From IMG/VR virus record IMGVR_UViG_2818991472_000001, positions 64,001-128,000 of that record: a stretch of 64,000 nucleotides of DNA; one strand, 5' to 3'. The stretch is from a virus. Taxonomy: Duplodnaviria; Caudoviricetes. This document shows positions 46,701-55,852 of the stretch, one piece after another. Below the pieces are notes generated by a model. The model saw nothing but the letters and a program-made list of their open reading frames with translations, made no database searches and had not been told where the DNA came from. The translations under genes were made by a program, and so were the position numbers. Position 1 is the first letter of the stretch. Every line of letters starts with the position of its first letter.

Positions 46701-47165
46701 CTACCGGAACCGCACCGTGGGCACCCGCCGGGCCGAGGCCATCCACCCTGAGTGGGTGTTGATCGCCTCCAGCATCTCCTCCGTCGTCGGGTGCCGGAGG
46801 TGGGGCAGCCAGACCACCACCAGCTGCGCCCGACCTCGGGCGAGGTCCCACCACAGGGCCGGGGGCTCGTCCAGCTCCATGATCACCTCCACGGCGCCCG
46901 GCTCCCCCGGCTTGTCGAACGCCAAGGTGACGGCGCCGGTGCCGTCGTCCCAGAAGCACCATGGCGACGTCATCGGGGCCTCCTGGTCGAGCGGAGTCAG
47001 CGAGGCGTAGGAGGGGAAGGTGTCGATCTCGGCCTGGCCTGCTCCGCCGTACGGTGCGAGCACGACGGCGGCCATCAGGGCATCGCCGACGGGGAAGGCG
47101 GTCGGCTGGGCCAACAGCCGTGGAATGGACGGGACTTGCTGATCCTCGGTGCGCGGGGTGTGCAT
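46701..47165 (-). CDS. hypothetical protein
   Basis: GC3-rich ORF from MHTPR. Confidence 0.55.
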   Translation of the reverse strand: MHTPRTEDQQVPSIPRLLAQPTAFPVGDALMAAVVLAPYGGAGQAEIDTFPSYASLTPLDQEAPMTSPWCFWDDGTGAVTLAFDKPGEPGAVEVIMELDEPPALWWDLARGRAQLVVVWLPHLRHPTTEEMLEAINTHSGWMASARRVPTVRFR

Positions 47166-47170
47166 CGCGG

Positions 47171-47647
47171 TCACCGGTTGGTGGGGAGGACGAGGTTGAC
47201 CCACTCCTGGGCGTTGCCGGGCTCGAACTGGCTCCAGTCCTTCCCCGGGGCGGGCGTCCACCCGGCCACCTGCTCGTAGCCGGAGTGGCGGCTGGGGAGG
47301 ACCATGTAGCCGTGCTCGATGAGCCGGTGCCCGGCGGAGGCCGGGCGGAAGTCGTCCCAGTCGTAGGTCAGGTGCACGAGGTCGGCTCCGCCCTTGGGGT
47401 CGAGGACGCGGAGGGTGAACGGCCCGGTGGTGTCGGCGCTGCAGACGGCGGTCAGCGCGACGGCCCGCTCCCGGGCCTGGATCGCGGCGATCCGCTCCGG
47501 CGACCCGGTCGGCATCGCGGCGATCTCTTCGTCGGAGAGCAGCTCTTCGGCGGGCTCGGCGGGCAGGAGGGCGGTGGTGAACTTGGCCCCGGATTGGGCG
47601 GCTTGGCGGGCCCGGCGGCTGGCGGTCGACTGGTGCTTCGGCGACAC
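47171..47647 (-). CDS. hypothetical protein
   Basis: AAGGAG before GTG (VSPKH); STAS.RAR...GAKFT.AL N-terminus. Confidence 0.6.
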   Translation of the reverse strand: MSPKHQSTASRRARQAAQSGAKFTTALLPAEPAEELLSDEEIAAMPTGSPERIAAIQARERAVALTAVCSADTTGPFTLRVLDPKGGADLVHLTYDWDDFRPASAGHRLIEHGYMVLPSRHSGYEQVAGWTPAPGKDWSQFEPGNAQEWVNLVLPTNR

Positions 47648-47911
47648 GGTGCGCTCCTTGACGCGGCGGACCCCACACCTCCGCCGGATCGGATGCACGT
47701 CGGCACGATTCCAGTGGACGCATTCGCTCTGCACGGGCCCCGGGAGACCTTCACCGAAGCGGTCGGCGATGTGGGCGCCGACCACGGCTCACGGCGTGCG
47801 TGGCTTGCCGCGTGGCGACAGTGTAGCGGTGCCGTCACTGACTGTCTACCACTTCCGGGCGCCACTGTGCCCCGGGCCCTGCTGTTCAGGGTCCGGGGCA
47901 CGGGCTGGCCG

Positions 47912-48193
47912 TTAGTCCTGGGGCGCTGGGGTCGCCCAGGCCGGGGTCGAGGACTGCGGGTCAAGGTCGAACTCGCCGTCGCGGGCGCCGAGGACGAAGG
48001 CCCTCCACTCGTTGGGCGTGTAGGTGAGGGTCGGGCCGTCCGGGTTGCGGCCGTCCCGCATGACGATGTAGCCCTCGACGAAGGCGATCTGGATGATCCC
48101 CTCGGGGTCAGCGGAGATCCATTCGGCCCCGGTGAGGTCCAGGACGGGCTTCCCGTTGGACGGCAGGTCGGGTCCAGCGCTTTCGTCGGTCAT
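47912..48193 (-). CDS. DUF397 / BldB-like protein
   Basis: LDLTGAEW...IQIAFVEGYIVMRD...PDGPTL.YTP.EW.AFVLGARDGEFDL. Confidence 0.85.
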   Translation of the reverse strand: MTDESAGPDLPSNGKPVLDLTGAEWISADPEGIIQIAFVEGYIVMRDGRNPDGPTLTYTPNEWRAFVLGARDGEFDLDPQSSTPAWATPAPQD

Positions 48194-48279
48194 GGGGTGG
48201 GTGGGTGCCCTTCTGGTTGCGGTTCGTGGATCAGCGTACCGCTGGGAGCCGACGCCGGTGGGCGGGTTGGACGAGCTGG

Positions 48280-49230
48280 TCAGCGGGGGCTGGCGGTAGC
48301 GGCCACGGCGTCCCAGAAGTCGTTCATCCGGAAGTGGAAGAGGCCCATGCCGTGGTCGGTCCAGCTCCCGATCGGCTTGGTGATGATCTCGACGCCCTCC
48401 AGGGTCTCGGGGATGTAGCCGTTGCCCCAGCCGAAGTCGATGCGGGGGCGGCGGATGCCGTCGGGGTTGCCCTGGTCGGTGCGGATCAGGCTGGCGGTGC
48501 CCTGCAGCTCCTGGCCGAGGTGCTTGTGGGCGTGCAGGGCGAGGTCGGTGAACCCGGCCCGGGTCATGACGTCCCAGGGGCCGGTGTCGTGGCGGCCGTC
48601 GGCGGTGGTGCGGTTGGCCCGGAACGGCAGGTCGGTCACCACGTCCCAGTCCGGCAGGGTGGCGCGGTCGGCTTCGTCGCCGCTGTAGGAGTTCTGGTCG
48701 CCGAACCACAGGCAGGGGTAGGTGGTCTGGACGCGCTCGCCGAAGCGGTCGTCCGGGTCCTTGGGCCGCTGCTCGTTCTTGCCCCACTTGACCATCATGA
48801 GGGCCTCGCGGCGGCGCCACTCGGCGTCGTTCGAGCACAGGTGGTAGGAGGCGAGGTTGAGTTCGGGGCTGGCCTCGGTCCCGGCCCGGACGGTCTTGAT
48901 CTGGCAGGCCGGGTGCCACCAGCCGGTCTCCTGCGGGTAGTCGGCGACCACGCGCAGCAGCTGCTCGTTGACGAAGATCCCGGGGGCGTTGGGGCTCTCC
49001 CGGGTGCTGGAGGCGGCGATGTAGCCGGTCATGCCGAGGGCGTGCCCGGCGGCGAAGAGCAGGCGCTTGCCGTTGGCGCGGGAGTGGGTCAGCTCCTGCC
49101 GGGCGATGGCGGCGATGCGGTACTTCCGCGTGAGCATGGCCAGGTAGGCGTGGGCCTCGCGCCAGTGCGCGGAGTTCTCGCCGCCGAAGTCGTGCTCACC
49201 GTTGAGGTTCACGAACGTGATCAAGGACAA
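48280..49230 (-). CDS. endonuclease/exonuclease/phosphatase (EEP) family protein
   Basis: FVNL, RQE, SYHL, GDQNS, RIDF, TDH catalytic motifs. Confidence 0.85.
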   Translation of the reverse strand: MSLITFVNLNGEHDFGGENSAHWREAHAYLAMLTRKYRIAAIARQELTHSRANGKRLLFAAGHALGMTGYIAASSTRESPNAPGIFVNEQLLRVVADYPQETGWWHPACQIKTVRAGTEASPELNLASYHLCSNDAEWRRREALMMVKWGKNEQRPKDPDDRFGERVQTTYPCLWFGDQNSYSGDEADRATLPDWDVVTDLPFRANRTTADGRHDTGPWDVMTRAGFTDLALHAHKHLGQELQGTASLIRTDQGNPDGIRRPRIDFGWGNGYIPETLEGVEIITKPIGSWTDHGMGLFHFRMNDFWDAVAATASPR

Positions 49231-49566
49231 GGTCAGGCCCCTCTTGGAGGTGAATCCCGGTGTGGTGGCCCTGTCCCGGCCGAACAGCTGAAGGTGATTT
49301 TCTGACCGATCAACCAGCTACTGTCATGGCTCGGCCGGGGCAGGGAGTCTCGGGTTCGTCGGAGGCCCGGGGGTTTCCGGCGCCTCGGGCCTCCGACAGG
49401 CGGGTGGGGGGAACCGCCTTGGTCCGCACGCGAGACCTACCGGGGAGCTGGGGTCTCAAGCGGTGCGGGCCGCCCCGTGCGGCAACCTGCGCGGGGCGTT
49501 CGTGGGTGGTGTGGGTGCCCCTTCCCGGCTGGGGCTGGTACTGCTACTACCGGGCCGGTCCGGCGG

Positions 49567-49890
49567 CTACTGGATGGCGCGGGCTCGTGCGGCGACCCCT
49601 TCCAGGTGCTCCTGGAAGATCTTGGGTGCGTCGGGGCCCGCGAGGGTGTACAGCGCGACCATCCCGGTGAGGATGGTGTCGCCGATCTCCTTCTTGACGT
49701 CCTCCCACGTGTGGGTGATGCCCTTGCGGGGGTTTTGACCGAGGACTCCGCTGACGGCCTCGTGGACCTCGCCCACCTCCTCCCCGATCTTCATGATGCG
49801 GAGGAGGCGTTCCGTCTCGGGCGGCAGGGTGCTCTTGCCGTCGAGCCAGGCGACGAGATCGCCGATGTGGTCCCAGGTCTGCTGTTCCAT
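49567..49890 (-). CDS. MazG-like nucleotide pyrophosphohydrolase
   Basis: KIGEEVGEV.EA..G..GQNPRKG...EIGD. Confidence 0.9.
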   Translation of the reverse strand: MEQQTWDHIGDLVAWLDGKSTLPPETERLLRIMKIGEEVGEVHEAVSGVLGQNPRKGITHTWEDVKKEIGDTILTGMVALYTLAGPDAPKIFQEHLEGVAARARAIQ

Positions 49891-49924
49891 GCGTTGCGTC
49901 CGCTTCGGGTCGGGGCGCCGTCGC

Positions 49925-50767
49925 TCAGAACAGGGTGGTCTCCGGTTCGGGCTCCGGCGTGCTGGTCGGGTCGGAGACCGTGAGGTGCTGGTCCCCGGTC
50001 ACGTCCACGCGCAGGGTCAGGCCCGAGTGGTCGGTGAGGTTTTTCTCGGTGCGGGGCTCGTGGACGTACGCACAGGAGTGTACGAGGCCGAGCAGGGGGG
50101 TGGAGACGAATGCGTGGTCGTAGCGGTAGCCGTCGTTGGTCCGTCCCACCCAGGAGTACTCCTGGGCGCCGGGGTGCACGTGCCGGAAGGCGTCGTGGTA
50201 GCCGGTCTTGCCGAACCAGCGGTAGTAGTCGTACTCGAAGGGGCGGAAGATCGGGTAGCGGGGGCGGTGGTCGGGTTCCAGGATGTTGAGGTCGCCCATC
50301 ACGATCCTGGGGGTGCCGGTGCCCTCGGGGGTGCGGTCCTGGCACTCGGCGATGAAGCGGGCCTTGCGCTCGGTCTTGGCGGCGGTGGCGTCCCTGGAGG
50401 GGACGTAGAGGCCGAGGATCTCCAGCGGGCCGTCGGTGGTGTGCACGGCGGTGGAGACGGCCCGGTAGGGCAGGTAGTCGAGCGTGACGGGCTGGTGCGC
50501 GGCGAGCCGGAGCCGGGAGACGATCATGACGCCGCGCTCGCCCTTGTCGGGAACGGGGTAGGCCACCTCGTAGCCTGCGCTCCGGAAGCGGTCGGCCAGG
50601 TAGGCGCAGCCGGGTCCGGGGGTGGTCTCGGTGAGGACGAAGACGTCCTCGGGGCGCTGGGCCAGCCAGGCGAGCTGGCGCTGTGCACGCTCCAGCGCCG
50701 GGCCGCCGATGTTGAAGGTGAGAAAGCTCAGGCCGGGTCGGGCCGGTGTCGCTGCCTCAGTTGCCAC
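49925..50767 (-). CDS. exodeoxyribonuclease III-like EEP protein
   Basis: LTFN, VLTE, GLYVP, GDLN, DAFR, YSW, RYDH, TDHS. Confidence 0.9.
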   Translation of the reverse strand: MATEAATPARPGLSFLTFNIGGPALERAQRQLAWLAQRPEDVFVLTETTPGPGCAYLADRFRSAGYEVAYPVPDKGERGVMIVSRLRLAAHQPVTLDYLPYRAVSTAVHTTDGPLEILGLYVPSRDATAAKTERKARFIAECQDRTPEGTGTPRIVMGDLNILEPDHRPRYPIFRPFEYDYYRWFGKTGYHDAFRHVHPGAQEYSWVGRTNDGYRYDHAFVSTPLLGLVHSCAYVHEPRTEKNLTDHSGLTLRVDVTGDQHLTVSDPTSTPEPEPETTLF

Positions 50768-51386
50768 TGGTTCCCCTCCGCAGGGTGCCGATCCTGGAGA
50801 CGATGATGTCGGCGACCCGCTCAGGGCTGCGGTTGGTGCAGTCGATGATCAGGGTGGGGTAGCCGACCTTTTCCAGGAAGGTAGCGGCTTCCTCATAGAG
50901 GGCGGCTTCCTTACGGCTGCTTCCGGGCATCTTCTCGAAGCGGCTGTGGGTGCCCCGGGCGGTCAGCCGGGCGTGGATGACCTCGGGGTCGGCGGTGAGC
51001 ACGACGGTCAGGTCCGGGGTGATGGCGTGCTGGTTGATGGCCCAGATCGTCGTGGGGTCGATGCCGTCGAGCCGCTGCAGCACCAGGGAGGAGCCCACGT
51101 AGCGGTCGCACAGGACGGTGTCGCCGCGTTCGAGGGCGGGGGTGATCTCGGTGGCGATGTGGTGGTAACGGTCGGCGGCGACGAGGCAGGCCAGCGACAT
51201 GCCGGTGTAGGTCTCGGTGCCGTGCCGGGCGATCTCGCCGAGGTTGGCCCGGGAGGGTTCGGTGGTGGCGTGGACTGCCGTTCCGGCTGTGGTCAGGAGG
51301 TGGCCGACGGCGGCGACGGTGGTGGACTTGCCGACGCCGCCGGGGCCGTCGAAGGCGACAAACAGGCCGCGCTCGGTGTCGCTCAC
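50757..51386 (-). CDS. tmk: thymidylate (dTMP) kinase-like protein
   Basis: FDGPGGVGKST P-loop, EPS, ADR, CDRY..SS, PDL; GTGA coupling to the rSAM gene. Confidence 0.9.
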   Translation of the reverse strand: MSDTERGLFVAFDGPGGVGKSTTVAAVGHLLTTAGTAVHATTEPSRANLGEIARHGTETYTGMSLACLVAADRYHHIATEITPALERGDTVLCDRYVGSSLVLQRLDGIDPTTIWAINQHAITPDLTVVLTADPEVIHARLTARGTHSRFEKMPGSSRKEAALYEEAATFLEKVGYPTLIIDCTNRSPERVADIIVSRIGTLRRGTSGN

Positions 51387-52501
51387 GAGACGGCCACCAC
51401 GGGCAGCAGGGCGCGCTTGTTCGGGGCGACGGGGCACATCTCGGCGTCGAGGGCGCCGATGCGCTCCCCGGCGGCGACCACGGCGGCCGGGCATCCCTTG
51501 CCGCAGCCGTCTGCCATCGAGCAGCTGCCGCAGGTGGGGTTGGCTCCGACGGTGTACCGCTCGTGGAAGTTGTAGGCGTCCAGGCGGTCGGCGATGTCGG
51601 TGTCGGTGAAGATGTTGCCGACGATGAACTCGGTGTCGGCGTGCTGGGAATTCGGGGTCCGGGCGGCGAAGACGAGGTAGGGGCAGACGGTGACCTCGCC
51701 CGGGGCGAAGACGTAGATGATCGTCCCGGCCTCGCAGTTCGCGAGGGGTTTGGTGTCGTTGGGGAAGCGGATGTGGACCAGGTCGAGCTGGTCGCTGGCG
51801 AACGGGGAGGTGAGGTCGTGGATGTGCCGCATGTGGTCGTCCGACCGGGCGAGCTTGTTCTTGCTCTTGACGCCGCGCCCCATGCTGGAGAGCGGGTTCA
51901 TCAGGACGTAGGAGGCGCCCTGCTCGCTGGCGAAGGCGCACAGCTGGGCGTACTCCTCGTCCTCGGCAAGGTTGTTCGGGGTGCAGAGCAGGCCCTGCAG
52001 GAGCCCGGCCTGGGCCAGCCGCTTCACCGTCTCCACGGTGGTGTAGAACGACTCGCGGTCGCCCCGGAACTTGCCGTGGGAGTCGGCGGCGAAGCCGTCC
52101 AGGCTGACGTTCACGTGGATGTCGCCCATCTTGGCCAGGGCCGTGATGTGGTCGTCCGTGATCAGGGTGGCGTTGGTGCACAGTCCCACGCCCATGCCCG
52201 CGTCGCGGAAGGCGGCGGTGACGGCGAGGAAGTCGGGGTGCAGGAACGGCTCTCCGCCGGTGAGGGTCACCCGGGTGACCCGGGCCGCCTTCAGCTGGGG
52301 GATGACCTTGGTCCGGATGTCCTCCAGCGGCATCGTCACGCCGGTCTTGAGGGCGCTGACGAAGCAGTGGGCGCAGCCGAGGTTGCAGGGCTCGTTGATT
52401 TGGACGAGCGCCTTGCGGTAGGGCTCCACGACGGAGGTCCGGAAGTAGCAGGACACGGCCTGCTCGTCCGTCATGATCCGGCGTGCTGTCTTCTCGCTCA
52501 T
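51383..52501 (-). CDS. radical SAM protein with SPASM domain
   Basis: CNLGCAHC, TGGEP, TNA, VSLDG; C-terminal CEAG...CPY...CGSC....CGKGCP...C. Confidence 0.9.
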   Translation of the reverse strand: MSEKTARRIMTDEQAVSCYFRTSVVEPYRKALVQINEPCNLGCAHCFVSALKTGVTMPLEDIRTKVIPQLKAARVTRVTLTGGEPFLHPDFLAVTAAFRDAGMGVGLCTNATLITDDHITALAKMGDIHVNVSLDGFAADSHGKFRGDRESFYTTVETVKRLAQAGLLQGLLCTPNNLAEDEEYAQLCAFASEQGASYVLMNPLSSMGRGVKSKNKLARSDDHMRHIHDLTSPFASDQLDLVHIRFPNDTKPLANCEAGTIIYVFAPGEVTVCPYLVFAARTPNSQHADTEFIVGNIFTDTDIADRLDAYNFHERYTVGANPTCGSCSMADGCGKGCPAAVVAAGERIGALDAEMCPVAPNKRALLPVVAVS

Positions 52502-52736
52502 GGGTGTCCCCCATCAGGCCGGAGGCACTGCTGCGCCCCGTGGTGGCGGGGCGTCTCGGTGCTTGGGCCGTGCGTCGAGGTGGTCAGCGGGGACCGGGCC
52601 CGTCTGGCGCCCGGTTGCTTGCGGTGACCACTTCATCACTGGATCAACCATCCTGACAAGAAGGCGAGTTGAATAAATGTCAGTTACTTACGACTGGCAT
52701 GTGCTGCTGGCATGTTTCCGCAGCTCGCCGGACAAG

Positions 52737-52779
52737 TTAGTGAACTGGGTTGCGCATACTCAATCGAGTGCACTACTGT
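52737..52779 (+). promoter_or_regulatory. repeated promoter/operator element, copy 10 (plus orientation)
   Basis: TTAGTGAAC...TTGCGC-N18-TACTGT with GTGCACTAC. Confidence 0.85.
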
Positions 52780-52817
52780 CGTCCATGTCGCCAACCACCA
52801 CGAACGGGAAGCAGGCC

Positions 52818-53582
52818 ATGTCCAAGACTCCGCAGCTCGTCGGCATCACCACCCCCGTCAAGATCACCCTCACGATCGACGACTGGGAGGGCACCTACGG
52901 CACCGAGCGCAACAAGGCCGAGATCACCCAGCAGCTCGCCTCCCTCACCGTGGAGACCATGCTGAGCACCAACCTCCGCACCGAGCTGTGCGCCCTGATC
53001 GGGCAGACCGGCCACATCAGGACCGACGTGCTCCCCCCGAGCAACACCCTCGAAGCCCAGTTCGACATCGCCACCATCGTGGACACCACGATCTGGGAGT
53101 CCACCTACGGCTCCGACGAAGATGCCCAGCAGATCGCCGACGACGTCGCCAACCGCGTCCAGGAGTACGCCGCCGAGGCCCTCAAGCAGCGCGGCATCAC
53201 CGCCCAGGTCGAGCTGCGAGCCACCCCCACCGTCATCGACGCCACCGGCGACTACACCACCCTCTACCTGGTCTTCGCGCCGCGCGAGAACCCCTTCCTG
53301 GCCACCACCACCGGCGGCCTGCAGAACTTCGCCGCCCGCCTCGACGACGACGCCTGGCTGCGCCCCCTGGACTCCCAGATCGGCGAGTTCGTCGACTACT
53401 GGAACCGCCGGGAGCCGGAGGCGGCGCTGTGGGCCGTCACCACGGAGACCGAGAAGCTGCTGCCCGCGTCCGGCACCGAGCCCAACCTTCACGGCCGCAC
53501 CCCGGTGATCTTCCGGCGCGACCAGATCAAGCCCCTGCTCGCCGTCCTCGCCTCCCCCCAGAACCAGAACCTGGGAAACTGA
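52818..53582 (+). CDS. hypothetical protein with internal duplication (alternative leaderless start 52786)
   Basis: WEGTYGT / WESTYGS repeat; first gene after promoter copy 10. Confidence 0.7.
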   Translation: MSKTPQLVGITTPVKITLTIDDWEGTYGTERNKAEITQQLASLTVETMLSTNLRTELCALIGQTGHIRTDVLPPSNTLEAQFDIATIVDTTIWESTYGSDEDAQQIADDVANRVQEYAAEALKQRGITAQVELRATPTVIDATGDYTTLYLVFAPRENPFLATTTGGLQNFAARLDDDAWLRPLDSQIGEFVDYWNRREPEAALWAVTTETEKLLPASGTEPNLHGRTPVIFRRDQIKPLLAVLASPQNQNLGN

Positions 53583-53610
53583 CCCGTCCTCACCGACACC
53601 GGGAGACGCC

Positions 53611-54018
53611 GTGCACCAGCTCCACCCCCGCGAGCACCCGTGGGGTGACATCCGCCTCGACCACAACGGCGAGGCGACGTTCCTGACCGCCGAGCGCTCC
53701 ACCGACCCGGACTGCCTCTTCGTCCACCTCAAGGTCGCCGACTGCCCGCCGGACCACCAGCTCCTCGACAAGGAGGAGCAGGACGCCGGAGCGGTGCTGT
53801 TCCACATCACCGTCAGCATCCGGCTCCCCCGCGCGGACACGATCGTCCTGGCGCAGTACGAGGGCGGCCCGATCGTTCCCCGCGACATGGCAGCGTTCGA
53901 GTCCGCCAAGTACATGCGCGACGAGATCAACAGGGCCGTCTTCACGGCCCGGTTCAACCTGCGGGCCCTGGCCGCCGTCGCCCACCACCATCCGGTCGCC
54001 GCCCAGGGCACCACCTGA
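53611..54018 (+). CDS. hypothetical protein
   Basis: GGGAG RBS. Confidence 0.65.
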   Translation: MHQLHPREHPWGDIRLDHNGEATFLTAERSTDPDCLFVHLKVADCPPDHQLLDKEEQDAGAVLFHITVSIRLPRADTIVLAQYEGGPIVPRDMAAFESAKYMRDEINRAVFTARFNLRALAAVAHHHPVAAQGTT

Positions 54019-54042
54019 CCACGTATCACCTGAAGGAGCGCC

Positions 54043-54462
54043 ATGAGCACCGAGACCAGCAGTGGCCCCACCGAGTGGCAGCAGAAGCGCCAGGAGGCGC
54101 TCGCCGAGCGCGGCCTGGCCGAGGTCGAGCAGTACTCGCGAGCCAGCGACCTCTTCTACCCCGACAGCATCCGCCCGGCCCGCCGGGGCCGGATCGAGAA
54201 CATCATCTCCCTGGGCCCGACCACCGGCGACACCTACATCGCCGAGCTGGTGGAGAAGTTCAACGGCGAGAACCGCACGTGGTTCGCGGTCGTCATCGAC
54301 GGCAAGAAGGACCCCCAGCGCATGTACACCGCCGACGCGGCCCTGCTGCACTACCTCAGCCGGAAGCACAACAATCCGGACGCCTCCACCGCCGCCTGGT
54401 ACGCCGCCCGCGTCCTGGGCATGCCCGACCTCGACCAGGACCCCGCTGCGCCCGCCTCCTGA
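54043..54462 (+). CDS. hypothetical protein
   Basis: AAGGAG RBS; followed by hairpin. Confidence 0.7.
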   Translation: MSTETSSGPTEWQQKRQEALAERGLAEVEQYSRASDLFYPDSIRPARRGRIENIISLGPTTGDTYIAELVEKFNGENRTWFAVVIDGKKDPQRMYTADAALLHYLSRKHNNPDASTAAWYAARVLGMPDLDQDPAAPAS

Positions 54463-54475
54463 CACACAACCTGCC

Positions 54476-54507
54476 CGGCCCCGTCGCTCTCCCGAGCGAC
54501 GGGGCCG
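54476..54507 (+). terminator. hairpin terminator
   Basis: cggccccgtcgctc-tccc-gagcgacggggccg. Confidence 0.7.
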
Positions 54508-54555
54508 ACGTGTTCAGCAGATAAGCAACTGCCCATCTGTAGGAGTCACCGTTCC

Positions 54556-55116
54556 ATGTCTACACTGCGGAGTATGACCGCCAACCCTGCCTCCACCAGC
54601 GAAGCCACGACGCCGCCAGCCCGCGCCGGACGCCGTGGCGGCCGGACTCGCGAACAGAGCCCCGCGCGCGCCGAACGGCGCCGCCCAAAGCAGGAGCACG
54701 ACCGCCAGACACCGGAGCCGTCGCCTGCTCCCGAGGACGCTGCTCAGATCGACTTCTCCCAGCACCCCGCCCACACCACCCCCTGGCGCCGGACCTCCGC
54801 CCTCCCCGCCACCAAGCGCCTGCCGCGCGTCGGGACGCCGTCGACCCGCACAGTCGTCATGACCCGCGAGCTGGCCGCCCACGTGGACGCCGTCCGGGTC
54901 GACATCGGCACTCCCAACGCCGTCGACTTCACCCTGCTCACCAGCAGTCTCCTGCGCGCCCTGGCCCGCGAGCACGAGGACTACAAGATCCGCGTTGAGG
55001 AGTACCGCCAGACCCACGGGGTCGTCCCCGGGCCAGACGTGGTCCCGCCCGGCCCGATCTTCACTGCGCTGAGTGCCGAGGTCGCCATCGTGATGGACGG
55101 CGGCACCGCCCCCTGA
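54556..55116 (+). CDS. hypothetical protein, possible ribbon-helix-helix in C-terminal half
   Basis: disordered N-terminus then TRTVVMTRELAAHVD...FTLLTSSLL. Confidence 0.5.
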   Translation: MSTLRSMTANPASTSEATTPPARAGRRGGRTREQSPARAERRRPKQEHDRQTPEPSPAPEDAAQIDFSQHPAHTTPWRRTSALPATKRLPRVGTPSTRTVVMTRELAAHVDAVRVDIGTPNAVDFTLLTSSLLRALAREHEDYKIRVEEYRQTHGVVPGPDVVPPGPIFTALSAEVAIVMDGGTAP

Positions 55117-55130
55117 CGGTTGGAGCGACA

Positions 55131-55337
55131 GTGAAGTACCCCCGGAGCAACTGCCGGATCTGCGGCCGTGAGGTCTCGATCCCCGGCAACCGCTACGCCC
55201 GGCACGACCCTCCCGGCCCCCGTGCCCAGGTCGACCTGACCAGCTGCCCAGGGAGCCTCAAGGCCGCGATCCCGCCCCAGGCCGCCATCCCGGGTCTGGA
55301 ACTCCACCAGGCCGAGGAGCACCTGGCCCTGTTCTAG
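55131..55337 (+). CDS. small zinc-ribbon protein
   Basis: CRICGR...RH...CPGS. Confidence 0.65.
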   Translation: MKYPRSNCRICGREVSIPGNRYARHDPPGPRAQVDLTSCPGSLKAAIPPQAAIPGLELHQAEEHLALF

Positions 55338-55528
55338 CCCTCCGTCCCCGGGAGAAGCGCCATCAGCCTCAGGGCAACGTCCACCGCGCTCTCGCCCTCC
55401 CGGGCCGCCGCGAGGTCGACTGGCCGGTGGACGGCCAGCCAGTTGTGCAGGCGCTGCATCTGCGCCACCAGCGGGTCGGCCAGGGCCCGGCCCGGGTCGT
55501 CCGTCGGCGGAGGCGGGAAGCCGCTCAT
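55334..55528 (-). CDS. small hypothetical protein
   Basis: ATGA coupling with 55525..55728. Confidence 0.5.
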   Translation of the reverse strand: MSGFPPPPTDDPGRALADPLVAQMQRLHNWLAVHRPVDLAAAREGESAVDVALRLMALLPGTEG

Positions 55529-55728
55529 ACCCACACCTCCGGGCCTGCGGTCTCGGAGGCCAGCTGCGGGTTGGCCTCCTCCCAGCGCTCTCGGACCGTG
55601 ACCGAGGCCGGGACCGACCCGCTGGCGCATGGGCCGTTGTGGTGCTCGACCACCTCGCACGAGTAGTTCTGGAACTCCCCGCCCACCATCGCCCGGCACG
55701 ACCGCTCCGGGAACACTGCTCGACGCAT
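55525..55728 (-). CDS. small Cys/His protein
   Basis: GGAGGAG RBS; C...C....H.GPC. Confidence 0.55.
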   Translation of the reverse strand: MRRAVFPERSCRAMVGGEFQNYSCEVVEHHNGPCASGSVPASVTVRERWEEANPQLASETAGPEVWV

Positions 55729-55852
55729 CTGTCACTCCTCCCTGTTCACCCCTTCGTGGGGTGTAGGGGCAGCACGGCAGGGCACCCCTCCCCCAGCTGC
55801 CGAGTCCTGTCGGCTGCGGGGAGAGAGGTGCTTGGGCTTGTTATAGGAATGA

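Noticed and set aside
51383-52501. Calling the rSAM a viperin or a RiPP maturase
   Set aside because: It has a full SPASM cysteine set, unlike viperins, and no RRE domain or precursor peptide was seen; left unassigned.
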